Source: a virus (lineage: Duplodnaviria > Caudoviricetes). From it: a stretch of 56,571 nucleotides of DNA. Every line of letters starts with the position of its first letter. The first letter of the stretch is position 1. The stretch covers positions 1 to 56,571 of the IMG/VR virus record IMGVR_UViG_3300018877_000056; one strand, given 5' to 3'. Shown piece by piece: positions 34,712-44,270 of this stretch. A program made the position numbers and the translations under genes. The notes under the pieces are model-generated. The model saw nothing but the letters and a program-made list of their open reading frames with translations, did no database searches and was not told the origin of the DNA.

Positions 34712-36085
34712 ATGCGCCTTTTCGGCATCAACATTTCCCGCGCTCAGGCGACGGAGGAGAAGGCGCTCGCGCCTGTCGCCCAAGGGCGCGGCGGATGGTG
34801 GCGCATCTTCGAGTCATATGCCGGCGCTTGGCAGCAGAATGTCGAGGTCAAGTATGACTCCGTTCTGTCCAATCATGCCGATTTTGCCTGCCGGACGCTG
34901 ATCGCATCCGACATCGCGAAGCTTCGTATCAAGCTGGTCCAGAAGGATGCGGACGGCATCTGGGCCGAGACGACCAATCCGGCCTATTCGCCGGTTCTGC
35001 GCAAGCCGAACCATTTCCAGAACCGGATGCAGTTCATAGAGAGTTGGGTTCTCTCCAAGCTCCAGCGCGGGAATACAGTCGCTCTCAAGCAGCGGGACGG
35101 ACGCGGCGTCGTTAAGGCGCTCTATGTGCTGGATTGGACCCTCGTCACGCCGCTCGTGGCAGATGACGGCAGCGTGTTCTATGACCTCAAGACAGATCAC
35201 CTGGCGGGGCTGCCTGCCAGTGTCACGGTGCCGGCCCGGGAGGTCATCCACGACCGTTTCAACTGCTTCTTTCACCCGCTGATCGGCCTCTCGCCCATCT
35301 TCGCGGGCGGTCTGGCGGCAACGCAAGGGCTCGCAATCCAGAACGACAGCACCCTGTTCTTTCAGAACGGGGCACAGCCTGGCGGCATCCTGACAGCCCC
35401 GGGCGCGATCAGCGACGAGACAGCCAAGCGCCTCAAGGAGCATTGGGACACAAATTTCGCGGGCAAGAACTCGGGCAAGGTGGCCGTCCTAGGCGATGGC
35501 CTGAAATACGAGGCCATGAAGGCGAAGGCCGTCGACTCGCAGCTCATTGAACAGCTGAAGTGGTCTGCCGAGGTCGTCTGCTCGACCTATCACGTCCCAC
35601 CCTACAAGATCGGCGTGGGGCAGATGCCGACCTACAACAACATCCAGAGCCTGAACGTCGAGTATTATGCCCAGTGCCTGCAAGTTCTCATCGAGGCTAT
35701 TGAGCTCTGTCTCGATGAAGGTCTCGGCATGGGCGAGAACATCGGCACCGAGTTCGACACGGACAACCTTCTGCGCATGGACAGCGTGACGCAGATGGAC
35801 GTGCTGGAGAAGGCCAAGAGCGTCATGACGCTCGATGAGCGCCGCAAGAGGCTGGAACTCAAGAAGGTTCCGGGCGGCAATACGATCTACCTGCAGCAGC
35901 AGGACCACTCGATCGAGGCCATTGCAGCCCGCGATGCTCAGTTGATCGCCCAGGCCGAGGCGCAAAGGAACGCACCTGTGCCCGCCCCGGAGGGTCGTGA
36001 GGAAGATGCCGCGCGGCAGCAAGCCGAAGAGCGGGCATTCTTCGCAGAGGCAGCTCTGGCATTTCAGAAGAGGCTTGCGGCATGA
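34712..36085 (+). CDS. Portal protein (HK97 family)
   Basis: KPNHFQ, GLSPI, FFQNGAQPGGIL, HVPPYKIG. Confidence 0.93.
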   Translation: MRLFGINISRAQATEEKALAPVAQGRGGWWRIFESYAGAWQQNVEVKYDSVLSNHADFACRTLIASDIAKLRIKLVQKDADGIWAETTNPAYSPVLRKPNHFQNRMQFIESWVLSKLQRGNTVALKQRDGRGVVKALYVLDWTLVTPLVADDGSVFYDLKTDHLAGLPASVTVPAREVIHDRFNCFFHPLIGLSPIFAGGLAATQGLAIQNDSTLFFQNGAQPGGILTAPGAISDETAKRLKEHWDTNFAGKNSGKVAVLGDGLKYEAMKAKAVDSQLIEQLKWSAEVVCSTYHVPPYKIGVGQMPTYNNIQSLNVEYYAQCLQVLIEAIELCLDEGLGMGENIGTEFDTDNLLRMDSVTQMDVLEKAKSVMTLDERRKRLELKKVPGGNTIYLQQQDHSIEAIAARDAQLIAQAEAQRNAPVPAPEGREEDAARQQAEERAFFAEAALAFQKRLAA

Positions 36086-36939
36086 TCGACGCTAAGACTT
36101 TCGGCCAGGAGCTTGCCGAAATCGTTAAGGGGCAGTTGGCCCCAATCCTGAACCGGATGGAGGCACTGGAGAAGCGCTTCGACGCTCTGCCGACGCCTCG
36201 TGACGGCAAGGATGCAGACCTCGGTGAGGTTCGCCAGATCATCGCGGAAGAGGTCTCCGGACTGAGGACGGCCATTGAGACGATTGAACTGCCAGCACTG
36301 CCCGATATCCCGGCTATCGTGTCGGAAGAGGTCCAGAAAGCGGTTGCCGCCATCCCAGCGCCGCAGGATGGCAAGAGCGTCACGGCCGAGGACGTTGCCC
36401 CCCTCATCGCCTCCGAAGTCGAGAAGCGCATCAAGGAATTGCCCGTGCCCAAAGATGGCGAACCGGGCAAAGATGGGGTCGGTCTCGCGGGCGCAATCAT
36501 CGACCGTGCCGGCGAGCTCGTCGTCACGCTGACTAACGGCGAAACCCGAAACCTCGGGCCCGTGGTCGGGAGGGACGGCGCTCCTGGCAAGGATGGGGCT
36601 GACGGCTTCGGCTTCGATGATCTGGAAGCCACCTATGACGGTGAGAAGACCGTCACCCTGAAATTCGCCCAAGGCGATCGCGTCAAGGAATTCCCCTTTA
36701 CGCTGCCGGTAGTGATCGATCGCGGCATCTTCAGCGAGGGCAAGAATTACGCGGCTGGCGATGGCGTGACCTGGGGCGGCTCGTTTTGGATTGCCCAGAA
36801 GGACACCGCAACCAAGCCAGGCGAGGGCGGTGATTGGCGCCTCGCCGTGAAGAAGGGCAGGGACGGCCGAGACGGTGTGATGAAGGAGGCCAAGCCGAAA
36901 GAGCCAGTGCGCATCGGCGTTCCGGTTAAGGGGGCATGA
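36082..36939 (+). CDS. Collagen-like repeat structural protein
   Basis: GKD/GRD Gly-X-Y runs; C-terminal YAAGDGVTWGGSFWIA beta-domain. Confidence 0.7.
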   Translation: MIDAKTFGQELAEIVKGQLAPILNRMEALEKRFDALPTPRDGKDADLGEVRQIIAEEVSGLRTAIETIELPALPDIPAIVSEEVQKAVAAIPAPQDGKSVTAEDVAPLIASEVEKRIKELPVPKDGEPGKDGVGLAGAIIDRAGELVVTLTNGETRNLGPVVGRDGAPGKDGADGFGFDDLEATYDGEKTVTLKFAQGDRVKEFPFTLPVVIDRGIFSEGKNYAAGDGVTWGGSFWIAQKDTATKPGEGGDWRLAVKKGRDGRDGVMKEAKPKEPVRIGVPVKGA

Positions 36940-36940
36940 A

Positions 36941-37240
36941 ATGGCGGCACTAATCACCAAGGATCAGGCCAAGCAGCAGCTGCGCATCGATTTCGATGAT
37001 CAGGATGCCGATCTTGAGATGAAAATAGAACAGGCCAGCGAGATCGTGATCGACTATCTGAAACGGCCTGATCACGGTTGGACCGAAACAACGGTCCCGA
37101 AGCCTGTCCAGGCCGCAATCCTATTGGTGCTGACGGCACTTTGGGACGACCGCGACGGTCATGGTGATGGGGACTACCTGGCTCCTGATGGCCCTGTGGC
37201 TCGTCTTCTCACGCGGTTTAGGGATCCGGCTCTCGCATAG
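36941..37240 (+). CDS. Head-tail connector (gp6-like)
   Basis: AKQQLRID, VQAAILL, RFRDPALA. Confidence 0.88.
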   Translation: MAALITKDQAKQQLRIDFDDQDADLEMKIEQASEIVIDYLKRPDHGWTETTVPKPVQAAILLVLTALWDDRDGHGDGDYLAPDGPVARLLTRFRDPALA

Positions 37241-37283
37241 AGCAGAGAGCTGATTGGAGTGAGGGTTGCTAAAGCAGCCCTCA

Positions 37284-37472
37284 CTAGCAACGGCTTTTAT
37301 CGATGCCGATGTCACGCAGCATGTGTGCGCTCAGCGTATTTCGCAGCGCTTTTTCTAATTCGGCGGTGACGATTGGCGGTTTGGGATCGTTCGCGGGCTT
37401 CCGAGGTACCCGGATGAACTCAAAGCGGAATGCGAACCCTACAAAGGGCAGGGGAAAGACGGTCGATTTCAT
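37284..37472 (-). CDS. DUF1127-like small protein (moron)
   Basis: LSAHMLRDIGI motif; hairpin 37258-37285 downstream. Confidence 0.5.
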   Translation of the reverse strand: MKSTVFPLPFVGFAFRFEFIRVPRKPANDPKPPIVTAELEKALRNTLSAHMLRDIGIDKSRC

Positions 37473-37801
37473 GGCAGCCTACAGCAGCAAAAGCATTGAC
37501 GAAGAAGGGGCGTTGGGTTGCGTAAAGTCGCATGGACATGAAACGCCTCCTCTTGCTGTGGCTGTGAAACGAGCGGGTCTTCCCGCGGGGCAGCGTTGAT
37601 AGCTGATTCTTGGCTTTAAGACTAGCGCCTGAAAGGCGCCCCAACCGAGGGGTCTCTGAAAGACCTCCGGCTTGGGAGCGCGAAAAGCCCTGACTGATGG
37701 AATCGGGTGAATCCCCAGTCCAGGCGAATGCAGCCCAAGGGGGCCGAGGGCTGCACGAGCAACCTTAGCCGTTGAATCGTGGCCATATTATGGACGCCTG
37801 T

Positions 37802-38152
37802 ATGCCCACAGCCGGACAACTCAAAGATCGTCTTACGTTTCAGCGCCGTGGTTCCGCTCAGGATGAATATGGGAATGAGCAGACAGGTGCCTGGGAGAAT
37901 GTGTTCACGGTCTCCGCTCGTGTGACTGCTTCGCCAGGCCGCGAGACTGTCACCGCTCAGCGACTGCAGGGCGTGAACCCCGTCGATGTGTGGGTCAGGT
38001 GGTCGGCGCAGACGGCGACCATCAAGACAGAATGGCGGGCCGTGGATGCGCGTGACCCGTCCCGCGTCTTCGCCATCCTGTCCGTCACGGACCCGGAAGA
38101 ATATCGGAGGCAGTTCCGCCTCCTGTCCTGCACCCTTGGAGGAGCAAGCTGA
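37802..38152 (+). CDS. Head closure/head-tail adaptor (SPP1 gp16-like)
   Basis: AGQLKDRLTFQRR..DEYGN..W. Confidence 0.85.
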   Translation: MPTAGQLKDRLTFQRRGSAQDEYGNEQTGAWENVFTVSARVTASPGRETVTAQRLQGVNPVDVWVRWSAQTATIKTEWRAVDARDPSRVFAILSVTDPEEYRRQFRLLSCTLGGAS

Positions 38153-38451
38153 TGCCCCGCGTCTCCTTTACCCGCGACTTCGATTTCCAGGCAGCCCCTG
38201 GCGTGGTTCTCGCCAACAAGGCTGGTCAGAAAAACGTGCTGATCACAACGGCCCACGCGAAAGCGGCCGTCGACGCAGGAGCGGCAACCTATGACGAAGG
38301 TTCGGAACCGCGAGAGAGCGCTCAAGCGGCTGTCGGCAATCCAGGGGGCACCACGACAGGCAATCCGCGACGCACTAAAACAAGGCGCCGAGGAAGTGAC
38401 GGCAATGCAGAAGCGCCTCGCTCCGCACAAAAACGGGGATCTGCAGAATAG
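38152..38451 (+). CDS. Small virion-associated hypothetical protein
   Basis: GGAGGAG RBS; RVSFTRDFDF...AVDAGAA; 3' end overlaps next gene. Confidence 0.5.
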   Translation: MPRVSFTRDFDFQAAPGVVLANKAGQKNVLITTAHAKAAVDAGAATYDEGSEPRESAQAAVGNPGGTTTGNPRRTKTRRRGSDGNAEAPRSAQKRGSAE

Positions 38452-38797
38452 CATTGGCTACACGTTCGGCTCTTACCGCCCGGAGAACTCCAACGTTCGA
38501 GGGATGACGGCAAGTAGCGGCGGCGGGGATCCTGATCTGACCGTGACCATCCACGCAGGCGATGCCAAGGCGTTCTATGCGGCCTTCGTGGAGTTTGGCA
38601 CTTCAGCCCACGAGATTAAGCCGAAACGTCCTGGTGGGCTGTTGAACGTTTATGGGCGCTTGCTCACCACCGTGAGCCATCCCGGTGCAACTCCACAACC
38701 CTTCTTTTTCCCAGGCTGGCGGGCGACTCGCAAGCGCGTGAAGTCCCGTATCAGCCGAGCGACCACGAAATCGGTTAGGAAAGCAGCCGGTCGATGA
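38291..38797 (+). CDS. HK97 gp10-like protein
   Basis: YAAFVEFGT, HPGATPQPFFFP. Confidence 0.88.
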   Translation: MTKVRNRERALKRLSAIQGAPRQAIRDALKQGAEEVTAMQKRLAPHKNGDLQNSIGYTFGSYRPENSNVRGMTASSGGGDPDLTVTIHAGDAKAFYAAFVEFGTSAHEIKPKRPGGLLNVYGRLLTTVSHPGATPQPFFFPGWRATRKRVKSRISRATTKSVRKAAGR

Positions 38798-39189
38798 GCG
38801 ATCCTTCCTTGCCTCTGCAGGGCGCGTATGTGGCGCGGCTCAAGTCGCAGGTCTCCGAGGCCGGAGGGCGCGTCTATGACAGCATCCCGGCAGCTGCCGT
38901 CTTTCCCTACTTCAACATCGGAGACATTCAGACGGTTTCGGACGGAGCCGATTGCCTCGACTCCACAGAGGTCTTCGTCACGCTGCACATCTGGTCCCGT
39001 GCCGTTGGTCAGGTGGAGGTTCGCAGGCTCGCGGCAGCGGCCCGTACGGCTTTGCATGGCTGGCTACCGTCGCTCCAGGGCTTCCGCGTCGTGGAACATG
39101 AGCATCAGGACACCCGCACGTTGGACGATCCGGACGGCATTACAAGCCATGCCGTTCTCACCTTTCGGGCGTTGATCGACCCGGCTTAA
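38794..39189 (+). CDS. Tail terminator (DUF3168-like)
   Basis: LQGA, RVYD, FPY, DPDGITSHAVL. Confidence 0.85.
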   Translation: MSDPSLPLQGAYVARLKSQVSEAGGRVYDSIPAAAVFPYFNIGDIQTVSDGADCLDSTEVFVTLHIWSRAVGQVEVRRLAAAARTALHGWLPSLQGFRVVEHEHQDTRTLDDPDGITSHAVLTFRALIDPA

Positions 39190-39232
39190 CCCGCGCTTCC
39201 CGGTCGGAAGCAATTCAAGAGAGGGCGACAAA

Positions 39233-39694
39233 ATGGCTGCTCCCACTACGCTCCGCTTTGGCGCGGGCGCTTTCTACATTGGCGACGGGGCAACCCCGAC
39301 CGAAGTCTTTGCGAAGGTCTGCGGCTTCACTGAGATGGAGCTCACCATCGACAAGGAAACGAACGATACCACGGTGCCGGATTGTGACGATCCCGACGCG
39401 GCCGCTTGGACCGAGCGCGATGTCGTGGCGTTGGCCTGGTCGATGACCTTCTCTGGCGTGCTCGCCAAGGAGGCTCTGCCGCTGCTTGAGGATGCCACGT
39501 TCTCGTCGGCCCCGACGAACGTCCGTCTCGATCTGGCCGGCGCAGGCGAAGGATCGGGCACGCCGAATAAGCGCTATGCTGGCCGGGCGCATATCAATCA
39601 CTCCATCACCGGCGCCCGTGGCGAGAAGTGGCAGGTGAGTGTCACTGTGACAGGTGACGGCGAGCTCGTCCGCTCCGACGTTGCGGCCGCCTAA
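39233..39694 (+). CDS. Tail tube protein
   Basis: IGDGATPTEVFAKVCG, VPDCDDPD. Confidence 0.85.
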   Translation: MAAPTTLRFGAGAFYIGDGATPTEVFAKVCGFTEMELTIDKETNDTTVPDCDDPDAAAWTERDVVALAWSMTFSGVLAKEALPLLEDATFSSAPTNVRLDLAGAGEGSGTPNKRYAGRAHINHSITGARGEKWQVSVTVTGDGELVRSDVAAA

Positions 39695-40095
39695 TGTCGC
39701 GGGACGCTTCTATCTCCTTCGATTGGGCGGATGGGCACCACACCTTCCGCCTAGCCATCGGCCAGTTGCGTGAGCTGCAGGAAAAGACCGGCGTCGGTCC
39801 CCTGCGGCTCCTGCATCGGCTCATGGACGGTTCATGGATGGTCGATGATGCCCGCGAAGTCATGCGCCTTGGCCTGATTGGCGGCGGCATGGAGCCCGCG
39901 CAGGCTTTGCGCCTGGTCCAGCGCTATGTCGACGCTCGCCCTCTGATGGAGGCTCAGGCACCGGCCATGCTGGTGCTGGGCGCTGCGCTCCACGGAACCG
40001 ACCAGGAGGGCCAGCCGGGAAAAGGGGAAGCGCCCGACGCGGCGACGAGCGCACCCTCATCCAGTTCGCCGCCCTCTACGGAACAGGAGCCGTAA
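39694..40095 (+). CDS. Tail assembly chaperone G
   Basis: WADGHHTFRLAIGQLRELQEKTG...RLGLIGGG; follows tube gene. Confidence 0.82.
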   Translation: MSRDASISFDWADGHHTFRLAIGQLRELQEKTGVGPLRLLHRLMDGSWMVDDAREVMRLGLIGGGMEPAQALRLVQRYVDARPLMEAQAPAMLVLGAALHGTDQEGQPGKGEAPDAATSAPSSSSPPSTEQEP

Positions 40096-40262
40096 TGGGT
40101 TTCCCACCCCGTGAGGTGGATGCAATGAGCTTGTGGCAGTTCTTTGCCTGCCTCGATGGCTGGAATGCAGCACACGGGGGCGACCAGACCAAGGAAATGA
40201 CCGACGCGGAGTTCGACGCCGCGAGCCGGGCCTACGATGCGTTCCCCGATCAGACGACCTGA
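40017..40262 (+). CDS. Tail chaperone GT extension via -1 frameshift
   Basis: G GGA AAA slippery heptamer at 40017-40023; -1 frame reads FAALYGTGAVMGFPPREVDAMSLWQFFAC. Confidence 0.75.
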   Translation, partial: GKRGSARRGDERTLIQFAALYGTGAVMGFPPREVDAMSLWQFFACLDGWNAAHGGDQTKEMTDAEFDAASRAYDAFPDQTT

Positions 40263-40676
40263 TTAGCCCATTCGATCAATATCAGCCTTGAAATCATCAA
40301 GACTTTTCCACGACCGGCGTTCCCCCAAAACAATGGCTTTAACCCCACTCCCGAGGTGGTGGGCGTACGGTATTCCTCGATAGTTGCCTGTAGGGCGGAA
40401 AAGCTCTGCAGCGGTGACCTTGGGGGCTTCTACCTCAGGGGGCTGTGTGGAGGCTGGTTGGGGCGGGGCCGTATTCCGGGAAATGGTTTCTAACAGTTCA
40501 AGGGCATAGGCAAAGCCGAGGAGTGGCGCCCCCGCGAGGAGCATTCCAACGCCCCAAGCCGCGACCGTGAAGACCAGCGGCCCCGTTAGGATGCTGAAAC
40601 CCAAAGCACCGAAACCGGCCAATACGCTGATAAAGCCGAAAAAGCGCAACAGACCTATTGCCATACTGCCCCCCAT
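40263..40676 (-). CDS. Membrane protein moron
   Basis: Two N-terminal TM helices; antisense between chaperone and TMP. Confidence 0.6.
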   Translation of the reverse strand: MGGSMAIGLLRFFGFISVLAGFGALGFSILTGPLVFTVAAWGVGMLLAGAPLLGFAYALELLETISRNTAPPQPASTQPPEVEAPKVTAAELFRPTGNYRGIPYAHHLGSGVKAIVLGERRSWKSLDDFKADIDRMG

Positions 40677-40705
40677 TCTGGGGCATATTACCCCGCGAGA
40701 CCCTC

Positions 40706-42718
40706 ATGGCAACCGACATCGAACGCCTCACCGTCGTCCTTGAGGCGAACATCAAGAAATACGAACGCGAGATGGCGCGGACCCGCTCTGTGATGGATCG
40801 GTCTATGCGCGATGTGGAGCGGCGCGCCCAAAGCTCTATGAAGCGGCTCGATGCCATCATTGGCGGGATCGGGAACAGCGTGAAGGGGGCTTTTGCGGGT
40901 ATACTTACCGGGTTCTCCGTTCAGCAGGTGACGCAGTTCGCGGACAGTTTCACCCGTATCCAGAACGCTTTGCGAGTAACGGGCCTAGAAGGAGAAAAAC
41001 TCCAGAACACCTATCGCGAGATCTTTGCGATAGCGCAGCGTCAGAATGCGCCGCTTGAGGCTACGGCACAACTTTACGGGCGCATCAGTCAAGCCCAGCG
41101 AGGATTGAACGCTACGGGTGCGGAGATGATGCGTGTGACTGAGGGCGTCACTATGGCACTCAAGATACAAGGCACCGGCACTGACCAAGCTGCCGGGGCG
41201 CTGCTCCAGTTCGGCCAAGCGTTGAGCAATGGTAAGGTCCAGGCAGAAGAATACAACAGCCTTCTGGATGGAGCCTACCCTGTGCTGCAAGCTGTTGCGA
41301 CCGGTCTCCGTGAGGCGGGCAGCGATGTCGGGAAGCTGACGCAGCTCGTAAAAGACGGGAAAGTCTCCTCGGAGGCATTCTTCCGCGCGTTCCTTGCAGG
41401 CATGCCACTTTTGGAGCAGAAGGCCGCGAGCGCCGCTTCGACGACAAGCCAAGCCTGGGAGAACGTCCGAACCTCAATGACAAACCTTGTTGGGGAGCTC
41501 GACAAGGTTGTGAACTATTCCGGCACGACGGCCTCATCCCTTGGGAAGATTGCTGAAGTCATCGACGGTATCTCCGCAGCGGTACTGAACGTCGCCAAGG
41601 CGAACAAGGCCTACCGTGAGAGCCTCCCAGGGGGAGGAAGCGGCCCCGCGATCGATCCGGCACAGTTCGGACGGACGCAACGCATCCAGCAGCTCCAGGG
41701 GCTCCTGTCGCGGAATCCGAACACCAGCGCAGCGAGGAGTTGGCGGCAGGAACTGGAAGAACTGACGGAACTCCAGCGTCAGGCTGCTCGCTTGGGTCAA
41801 CCAACCCCGCCATCCTCCTCAGGCCCGGCCCCAGCCTCTCTGGTCGGAGCCCCGCCGCCAAAGATCAACCCAGTCTCTCTGGCGAGTTTCCCTGCCGGCG
41901 GGGACGAGAAGGGCAAGAAGGAAAAGCTCAATGACTATCAACGTGAGATCAAGCTCATTCAGGAGCGCACCGCGGCGCTCCAGCAGGAAGCCACGACCGT
42001 TGGGCAGTCGGCCGCGCAGGTAGCCGCCGCAAAAGCTGAGTTTGAACTCCTCGCGGCTGCTAAAGAGGCCAACATTCAGATTTCGCCAGCGCTTGAAGCA
42101 GATATCAAAAATCTCGCAACGGCTTACGGCGAAGCGACCGCGAAGCTGGAGGAGGCGCGACAGGCACAAGAGAGCTTTGCCGAACTGCAGAACTTCATTG
42201 GCCAATCGATCAGTGGGTTCTTTTCGGACATCATTTCTGGTGGGGAGAACGCTGAGGAAGCCCTGATGAACCTCACCAAGAGGCTCGCGGATATGGCGCT
42301 GCAGGCCGCTCTCCTGGGACAGGGGCCTCTTGCTGGTCTCTTCGGAACGGCTGGAGCAAACGGCGCTGTGGGTGGTCTCATCGGGTCGCTCTTCAAGGGC
42401 CTCGGCTTTGGCACCGGAAAAGCGTCGGGCGGTGCCGTTTATCCGGGTCGCGCCTACACAGTGGGCGAGAGCGGGCGAGAGACGTTTGTCCCTACGACGC
42501 CGGGGCGCATCATCCCGAACGGGAAGGGCGGTGGCAATATGACTGTCCAGATCCTTCCACCGGCTGGCTATCAGGCAAAGCAGAGCCGAGTGAACGGCCC
42601 ACAGGGGCCGACCTTGAAGGTTCAATTTGAGCAGATAGTTGGTGGTATGATCGCGGATGGTAGCCTCGACAAGCACCTTAAGGGTCGCTTCGGCGTCTCC
42701 CCTATGGGAGGACGTTAG
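40706..42718 (+). CDS. Helper tape measure protein
   Basis: 670 aa; FAIAQRQNAPLEATAQLY tape-measure domain; ASGG.V..G..Y.VGE.G.E. Confidence 0.92.
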   Translation: MATDIERLTVVLEANIKKYEREMARTRSVMDRSMRDVERRAQSSMKRLDAIIGGIGNSVKGAFAGILTGFSVQQVTQFADSFTRIQNALRVTGLEGEKLQNTYREIFAIAQRQNAPLEATAQLYGRISQAQRGLNATGAEMMRVTEGVTMALKIQGTGTDQAAGALLQFGQALSNGKVQAEEYNSLLDGAYPVLQAVATGLREAGSDVGKLTQLVKDGKVSSEAFFRAFLAGMPLLEQKAASAASTTSQAWENVRTSMTNLVGELDKVVNYSGTTASSLGKIAEVIDGISAAVLNVAKANKAYRESLPGGGSGPAIDPAQFGRTQRIQQLQGLLSRNPNTSAARSWRQELEELTELQRQAARLGQPTPPSSSGPAPASLVGAPPPKINPVSLASFPAGGDEKGKKEKLNDYQREIKLIQERTAALQQEATTVGQSAAQVAAAKAEFELLAAAKEANIQISPALEADIKNLATAYGEATAKLEEARQAQESFAELQNFIGQSISGFFSDIISGGENAEEALMNLTKRLADMALQAALLGQGPLAGLFGTAGANGAVGGLIGSLFKGLGFGTGKASGGAVYPGRAYTVGESGRETFVPTTPGRIIPNGKGGGNMTVQILPPAGYQAKQSRVNGPQGPTLKVQFEQIVGGMIADGSLDKHLKGRFGVSPMGGR

Positions 42719-43029
42719 TCATCCTTACCACCCCGGATTACTTGAAACGTTGGGCGAAGCTCGCTCTCATCAACTATCAAGTCGTTCACGTCAGCTCGGA
42801 ATTGCGCTGCTTGTGTGGTGGAAAGGCCTAGTTGCTCAACATTCTTCGCCAGCTCACGAAAGACATTGTTAAAGGTCTCTCTATCGATAGTGTCAGTCTG
42901 GATCAGGTATGTCCGCAGAACCGAGATGAGTGTTCGGTGGCTGACAATTTTGTCTTCAAGAACTGCGACTCTCCGGGAGATGTTCTCCAACGCCTTATCC
43001 AGCGGCATCGAGACTACTTCGTGTGTCAT
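42715..43029 (-). CDS. Hypothetical moron protein
   Basis: AT-richer antisense ORF ending FQVIRGGK. Confidence 0.5.
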   Translation of the reverse strand: MTHEVVSMPLDKALENISRRVAVLEDKIVSHRTLISVLRTYLIQTDTIDRETFNNVFRELAKNVEQLGLSTTQAAQFRADVNDLIVDESELRPTFQVIRGGKDD

Positions 43030-43085
43030 TGCATAGGCCTTTCCCTCGGAACGCAAAGCATAAATAAATCTGGAATGGATACAAC

Positions 43086-43454
43086 ATGCCTATTCCTGTC
43101 TGGCCGGCAACCGTGCCTCATGCGCCTCTTGCGCCTTCGGGCATTTCGGAGCCTCATCGCGGCGTTCTCGAAAGTGAAATGCAGTCGGGGGCGACCCGCT
43201 CGCGGCGCCAGTTCACGGCTGTCGTCGGCGTGGTCGACATGACCATCCGCATGACAACCGAGCAGTTCCTCACCTTCAAGGCCTTCGTTCGGGACACGCT
43301 TTCGCATGGGGCGGCTGAGTTCACCATGCCGGTCTTCGATCTGACCGGCTGCACGGACAGGCGCGTGCGCCTCCGCAACGGAGGGAAGTATACCGCAACC
43401 CGTGCCGGATCGCGCATCAACGTCTCCTTTTCTCTCGACGTTTGGGATCTCTAA
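43086..43454 (+). CDS. Distal tail protein-like
   Basis: SEMQSGATRSRRQFT...TLSHGAAEFTMP; follows TMP. Confidence 0.75.
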   Translation: MPIPVWPATVPHAPLAPSGISEPHRGVLESEMQSGATRSRRQFTAVVGVVDMTIRMTTEQFLTFKAFVRDTLSHGAAEFTMPVFDLTGCTDRRVRLRNGGKYTATRAGSRINVSFSLDVWDL

Positions 43455-43991
43455 GTGCCGATTTCAGCAACCCAAGCCTGGGCCGAGGCAGCCGCTTCCG
43501 CGCCCAAGGATGAGGTCATGCTCATCACCATTGAGCTGATCCATCCGGTCTTTGTCGAGAACGGCCAACCCGCCCCGATCCGAGCCGTCCGCAACACAGT
43601 CGACATGAACTTCAAGCTGGAAGCGGGGGCTCCTGTGGGCGGGGGGCAGACAGTGCTCTTCAAGGCCATTCCCTTCGAGATCGACTATCCCCGCATCGGC
43701 AACCTTGGGGCAGAGGCCACCATCCGGCTCGACAACGTGAACCGGGAGGCCTCCCGCTATCTCGAGGAAGCCGTGAAACTCAATACGCCTATTCAGGCGA
43801 TCTTCCGTGGCTATCTGGCCTCCGATCCGAACACGGTCGGGCAGGGGCCTTACAAGCTGATCCTGCGCAACGTGAAGCGCACGGCGCGGCAGCTTGAAGG
43901 GCAACTCGCCATCGCCCGCCCGCAGAACATGCGCGTCATGCGCGAGGTCTATGACATGGTTCGTTTCCCGAGCCTCTTGGCGGTGTCGTGA
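43455..43991 (+). CDS. DUF1833-like minor tail protein
   Basis: EAAASAP, TIELIHP, RLDNV, RFPSL. Confidence 0.8.
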   Translation: MPISATQAWAEAAASAPKDEVMLITIELIHPVFVENGQPAPIRAVRNTVDMNFKLEAGAPVGGGQTVLFKAIPFEIDYPRIGNLGAEATIRLDNVNREASRYLEEAVKLNTPIQAIFRGYLASDPNTVGQGPYKLILRNVKRTARQLEGQLAIARPQNMRVMREVYDMVRFPSLLAVS

Positions 43992-44063
43992 TGAAGCCCC
44001 TGATGTTCCTGTTTGGCCTTGGCGTCCTTGCTGGGCTTCTCGATTGGTTGCTGCAAATTTCCT

Positions 44064-44270
44064 ATGAATAGACACATGCTCTCACGTCGAAAGCTTTTCG
44101 GGTTCTTGGCTGCGGCTCCTGTGGCAGGTGCAGCGGCAGCGAAGGCTCTTGCGAAAGAGCCAGAGGCACCGGTGCGCGCAGTCAAGCACGCTGAGCAGAC
44201 GGCCTTTCGGATCAGAAACGACAAATTCCTGATCAACCTGAAGGAAGGGCGCATTGAGATCGATGACTGA
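44064..44270 (+). CDS. Small protein with Tat-like signal peptide
   Basis: LSRRKLFGFLAAAPVAGAAAA. Confidence 0.5.
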   Translation: MNRHMLSRRKLFGFLAAAPVAGAAAAKALAKEPEAPVRAVKHAEQTAFRIRNDKFLINLKEGRIEIDD

